Below, piece after piece: positions 60,226 to 64,000 of a stretch of DNA of 64,000 nt (position 1 is its first letter; each line of letters starts with the position of its first letter). The notes beneath the pieces are model-generated. The model saw only the letters and a program-made list of their open reading frames with translations. It ran no database searches and was not told the DNA's origin. This stretch comes from Octopus sinensis (lineage: Eukaryota), in NCBI RefSeq assembly GCF_006345805.1, contig NC_043008.1, positions 33,232,001-33,296,000 of the forward strand, written 5' to 3'. Position numbers and translations under genes: made by a program.

Positions 60226-63200
60226 CTAGAAAAATGAGAAAAAAAGTTATAGTTTTTCACATAGACAATGCATTGGATATTTTGAAGAGGAGGGAGTGGG
60301 CAATTTACTATCATTATTTTACAACTGTTTTTCCATGCTGGTATGGATTGGATGGGTCAGCTGTAGCACCGCAGCCTCTTGCAACTTGTTTTATTTTTGT
60401 GAGGTCTACACAATCAGGACTCACGTGGGACTAAATAACATTACTCAATCCTTTCTCATAGATTTGTTGGAGAACCTGTGGCAGACATAAACTTAAGCTC
60501 ACACTGCACTGACACATCCTTCACTCATCTAGTTCTCTATCCAACATTGGTTAACAGACAAGCTGTATCCTCTTCCTCCAACCACCTCTCTTTCTCTTAC
60601 CATCTCTACTACTACTACTACTAGCACATTACTCCCTGACATTTCTATGTTGCCAATTATAAAATACTTTTCACAACACAATTCCTAAATGTTTAGAAAT
60701 ACATACCACCTCTGACTCCACTAACTCTTGTCTATCTCAAGCATATACACAAGGGATCACTTGTAACCCCATCTATACTGCCTCCCTTTCCAAGCCACCT
60801 GATATTGGCATCCCTCATTTTCTCACCCCCTTCTAACACTCTTTCATCCCAATCACAGTTGCTTCCATCAAACTCATGTTCCTGTCTCCCATCCATCCTG
60901 GTTCTTCTGTCATCATTGCGCTTTTCTGCTCACCCCCTGAGCCATGTAGCCCCAAGTAAACACTATACAGAATGGTGACTCTCTAAACTTACAGTATATT
61001 AGCTAACCCCACTAGAGCTGTTTACCCCTATAAATCCACCCAGGACACTGTAGAGTGGTTCATAAATGAGCAGAGATGTGTTTGTAAGTGAGGAGAGGTC
61101 ACCTTCAATTTTGTCAAGGACATAGCAACCTCTTTAGTGCTGGTGCAATGACAAAATACAACCGAGCAAACTCCATAAAATGTGAAGACAAAAGGACCTT
61201 TTAGTCTTATTGGAAGACATAATACCTTTCAAGTGCTGGTATCACAATAAACTGCATCTAGTACACTCTGTAAAGTGGTTGCAGTTAAGAAGACGTTCTA
61301 AGATAGAAACCAAGGCAAAAATAAAACTTACAAGCAAGATGTTGTCCTCCAATCTGTCAGTAACACTGAAGGAGAAATTGACTTGGACCAAGACAACTCA
61401 CCAAACCTTTGGCACTATGGAAAGTGAGCACAGAAATGCTGTGTGTGTGTGTGTGTGTGTAACTGAAACTCGCAAAAAATTAAATCATGCAGATTCTGTG
61501 TTTCGTCTTATTCACATGCTTTAACTTAATGTAATTCACTCATGTAACTGACTTTGTAAGTATGAATAATCATGAATGTAAAAAGTTTATGTAGACGAAA
61601 TTTGATAGCAGTCAATAGGGAAGGTGGTTGGTATGCATGCTATGTAGTAATGGGACAAAATAGATAAAGCATGAGTTGGTTGTTTTATATCAGTAGGAAT
61701 TACAATTCTAGATAACAACAATAAGAACAGCATTCTAAAACAATTTTTAAAAAACCCATGTAAAACAAAAAATATGTTGCAGGTAAAATTTAGCCAAAAA
61801 TGTTAATGCTATATATATATATATTTTAAGTGTAAGATGTAACAAGTTTAGCTTCTAGCAGGTTTGAAAACAAAAGATTGACAAAAGTTTATGATGTCCG
61901 TAGTCTCTATCTGCAATATTTCTTTTTCTTGCAGAGAGGCCCAGCTAAGTGAACTTAAATATAGCTAAAATAAATATCTATAGCAAGCAAAGCTAAGATA
62001 ACATGTTTACATTTTACTGAGTCCTATCATAAATATATTTACAAATTACTACAAGAAAGTTAGTGAAGTTTCAGTTGGTGGAACCTCACAACAGTGATGA
62101 CAAGGGTTTGCAACAAATGGGAAAATGCTGTGCTGGATAAGACCTGTGCTATTTAATCCTTTTGATACTAAACTGCCCATGGTTCTTTGATACAAATTGC
62201 CCATTTTTAAAGTAACTTATAACCTTCCATCAAACCTGCTTGTAAATATATGTTCTGACCACCAGCTTAATAATAGCAAAAGTTATTGTATTAAATTCTT
62301 CATTACTTTCAAAATTAATTGAAACATATATCAGTATATTACAACAGAAATGTGGTAATAAAAGTGTTATACAAGCTTGGAAAAACCAACAAAATATGTC
62401 AGTGGCAATGATGATGATGATAAGGATTATGATGATGTAAATGACAACAGTTGGACATGCAGATTGATAGAAACTTGTGACCCATAAATCCTTTGTTTTA
62501 ATTCACATTTGTAGACATCACTTACATAAATGACCTCAAGAAATACAAAAATATCAAACATTATTTCTTTTCCACCTTCTCCATTCCTCCTATAAATTTG
62601 AAATGTTGTATCTGAAGTGGGGGGAAAAAGTTTCTTTTATAACACCTCTTCTATAAGCCATAATTATGACCTTAACCCTTTAGCCCCGTGGAACAAGCTA
62701 CCACAAGATGTCATTCAACTGCCCACCACTCCCCTGTTCAAAGAGGCTCTAGACAACTGTGGCAACCATGCATAAAACTGTATATAACAATAACTATTTT
62801 TTTTTTGACATGGAGTAGGAGTGGTTGTGTGATAAGTAGCTTGCTTACGAACCACATGGTTTTGGGTTCGATCCCACTGCGTGGCACCTTGGGCAAGTGT
62901 CTTCTACTATAACCTCGGGCAGACCAAAGCTTTGTGAGTGGATTTGGCAGAGGGAAACTGAAAGAAGCCCATCGTATATATATGTGTGTGAGTGTGTATG
63001 TTTGTGTGTGTGTGTGCGTGTGTGTGTATGTTTGTGTGTCAGAGTTAGTCCCCCAACATCGCTTGACAACCGATGCTGGTGCGTTTATGTCCCCATAACC
63101 TAGCAGTTCGGCAACAGTGACCGATAGAATAAGTACTAGGCTTACAAAGAATAAGGCAGTGCTCCAGCATGGCCACAGTCAAATGACTGAAACAAGTAAA

Positions 63201-63498
63201 AGAGTAAAAGGGCTTAAGCACATTGTGCTCTTCTGCCAATAAATTTGATTTGAAACCAGCCAAATCTGGCGAAAATATTCTTCTATCTGCTTCAAGTTCA
63301 AACTAATCAGATCTGGCTTCTAACACCTACCCTACAATGTCATACAAAAAATATACAATCACATCATCAAAATCTTGAAGGTACAGGATAATGCCTAATT
63401 AATTCAAAACAATGTCAATAAATAAGAATTATAATACAATTTAATCTGAATGTTAAAGGATTAATCGAGACATGTGCAGTATATGTTTTTTTCTAGAC

Positions 63499-63735
63499 CA
63501 GTGGTGCTCAACCACTTTTTGTCTATGGACCTCCATTGATTCCTATTTTACTCTATTGGACCTCCATAGCCATTCAATACATATTTAAAAAATCTTAAAT
63601 ATCATTAGGAATTGTATAAAAATATTAAAATATTTTGAGTATTGTAGATATATAAGCAATTTATTGCACTTAAATTTTAACAACCAAATCTTATATGAAC
63701 CCAAGGACCATATGAACTCCAGTCAAGAACCATTG
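63499..63735. mobile_element. hAT-type MITE
   Basis: CAGTGGTGCTCAACC / GTCAAGAACCATTG with an 8-bp TSD TTCTAGAC / TCCTAGAT. Confidence 0.75.
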
Positions 63736-64000
63736 TCCTAGATTACTACTTTTGTTTAATCACAAGTCAGCTTTGATCGCATAGACTCATAATTAAAGGC
63801 ATTCCAGCTATGGTCATCTTTTCTGTATTTGTTTCAGACAACATTATCCACTATATTATTTTTAAAGAGAACAGTGTGATATTGGGGAGATTTTGTTACT
63901 ATTTCTAGCAGGTCAAGCAACCACACAATCCCTACATAGTATTAGCAGGCCAAAGAAAACCAAGGCATAATCTTGTCTGTCTGAATTCTCCCACTGCTGC

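Noticed and set aside
60226-64000. ALDH4A1 first coding exon or promoter
   Set aside because: The best donor candidate (about 62525, ATG TTT GAT...TAT|gtaagt) is phase 0 rather than the required phase 2 and is not presequence-like. No CpG-rich promoter is seen, so it is probably outside the window.

Overview
AT-rich, repeat-dense eukaryotic genomic DNA, most likely from an octopod cephalopod. That assignment is inferred from the SINE/RTE/Penelope repeat spectrum, (TA)n density and TTAGGG repeats, not from a database hit. Two intron-rich housekeeping genes converge tail-to-tail. SLC30A5/ZnT5 is on + (9 coding exons, 1058-15438, 583 codons plus stop; its 5' exons lie left of the window). ALDH4A1/P5C dehydrogenase is on - (14 coding exons, 60225-20801, about 554 codons plus stop; the first exon was not found and is probably right of the window). 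Both were assembled by hand with GT-AG sites and consistent phases, and both keep their catalytic or metal-binding motifs. The introns are filled with tRNA-derived SINEs, RTE and R4/Dong LINE fragments, Penelope-like remnants, mariner/maT, hAT, piggyBac-like, MULE-like and Helitron pieces. There is no prokaryotic system, CRISPR array or clear new protein family. The most interesting non-coding structures are: a 652-bp foldback element with a perfect 9-bp TSD and a telomeric (TTAGGG) core; three hammerhead-ribozyme-like motifs, one with an intact core; a pre-miRNA-sized near-perfect hairpin; and inverted repeats around in-frame ALDH4A1 exons that could drive A-to-I editing or circRNA.
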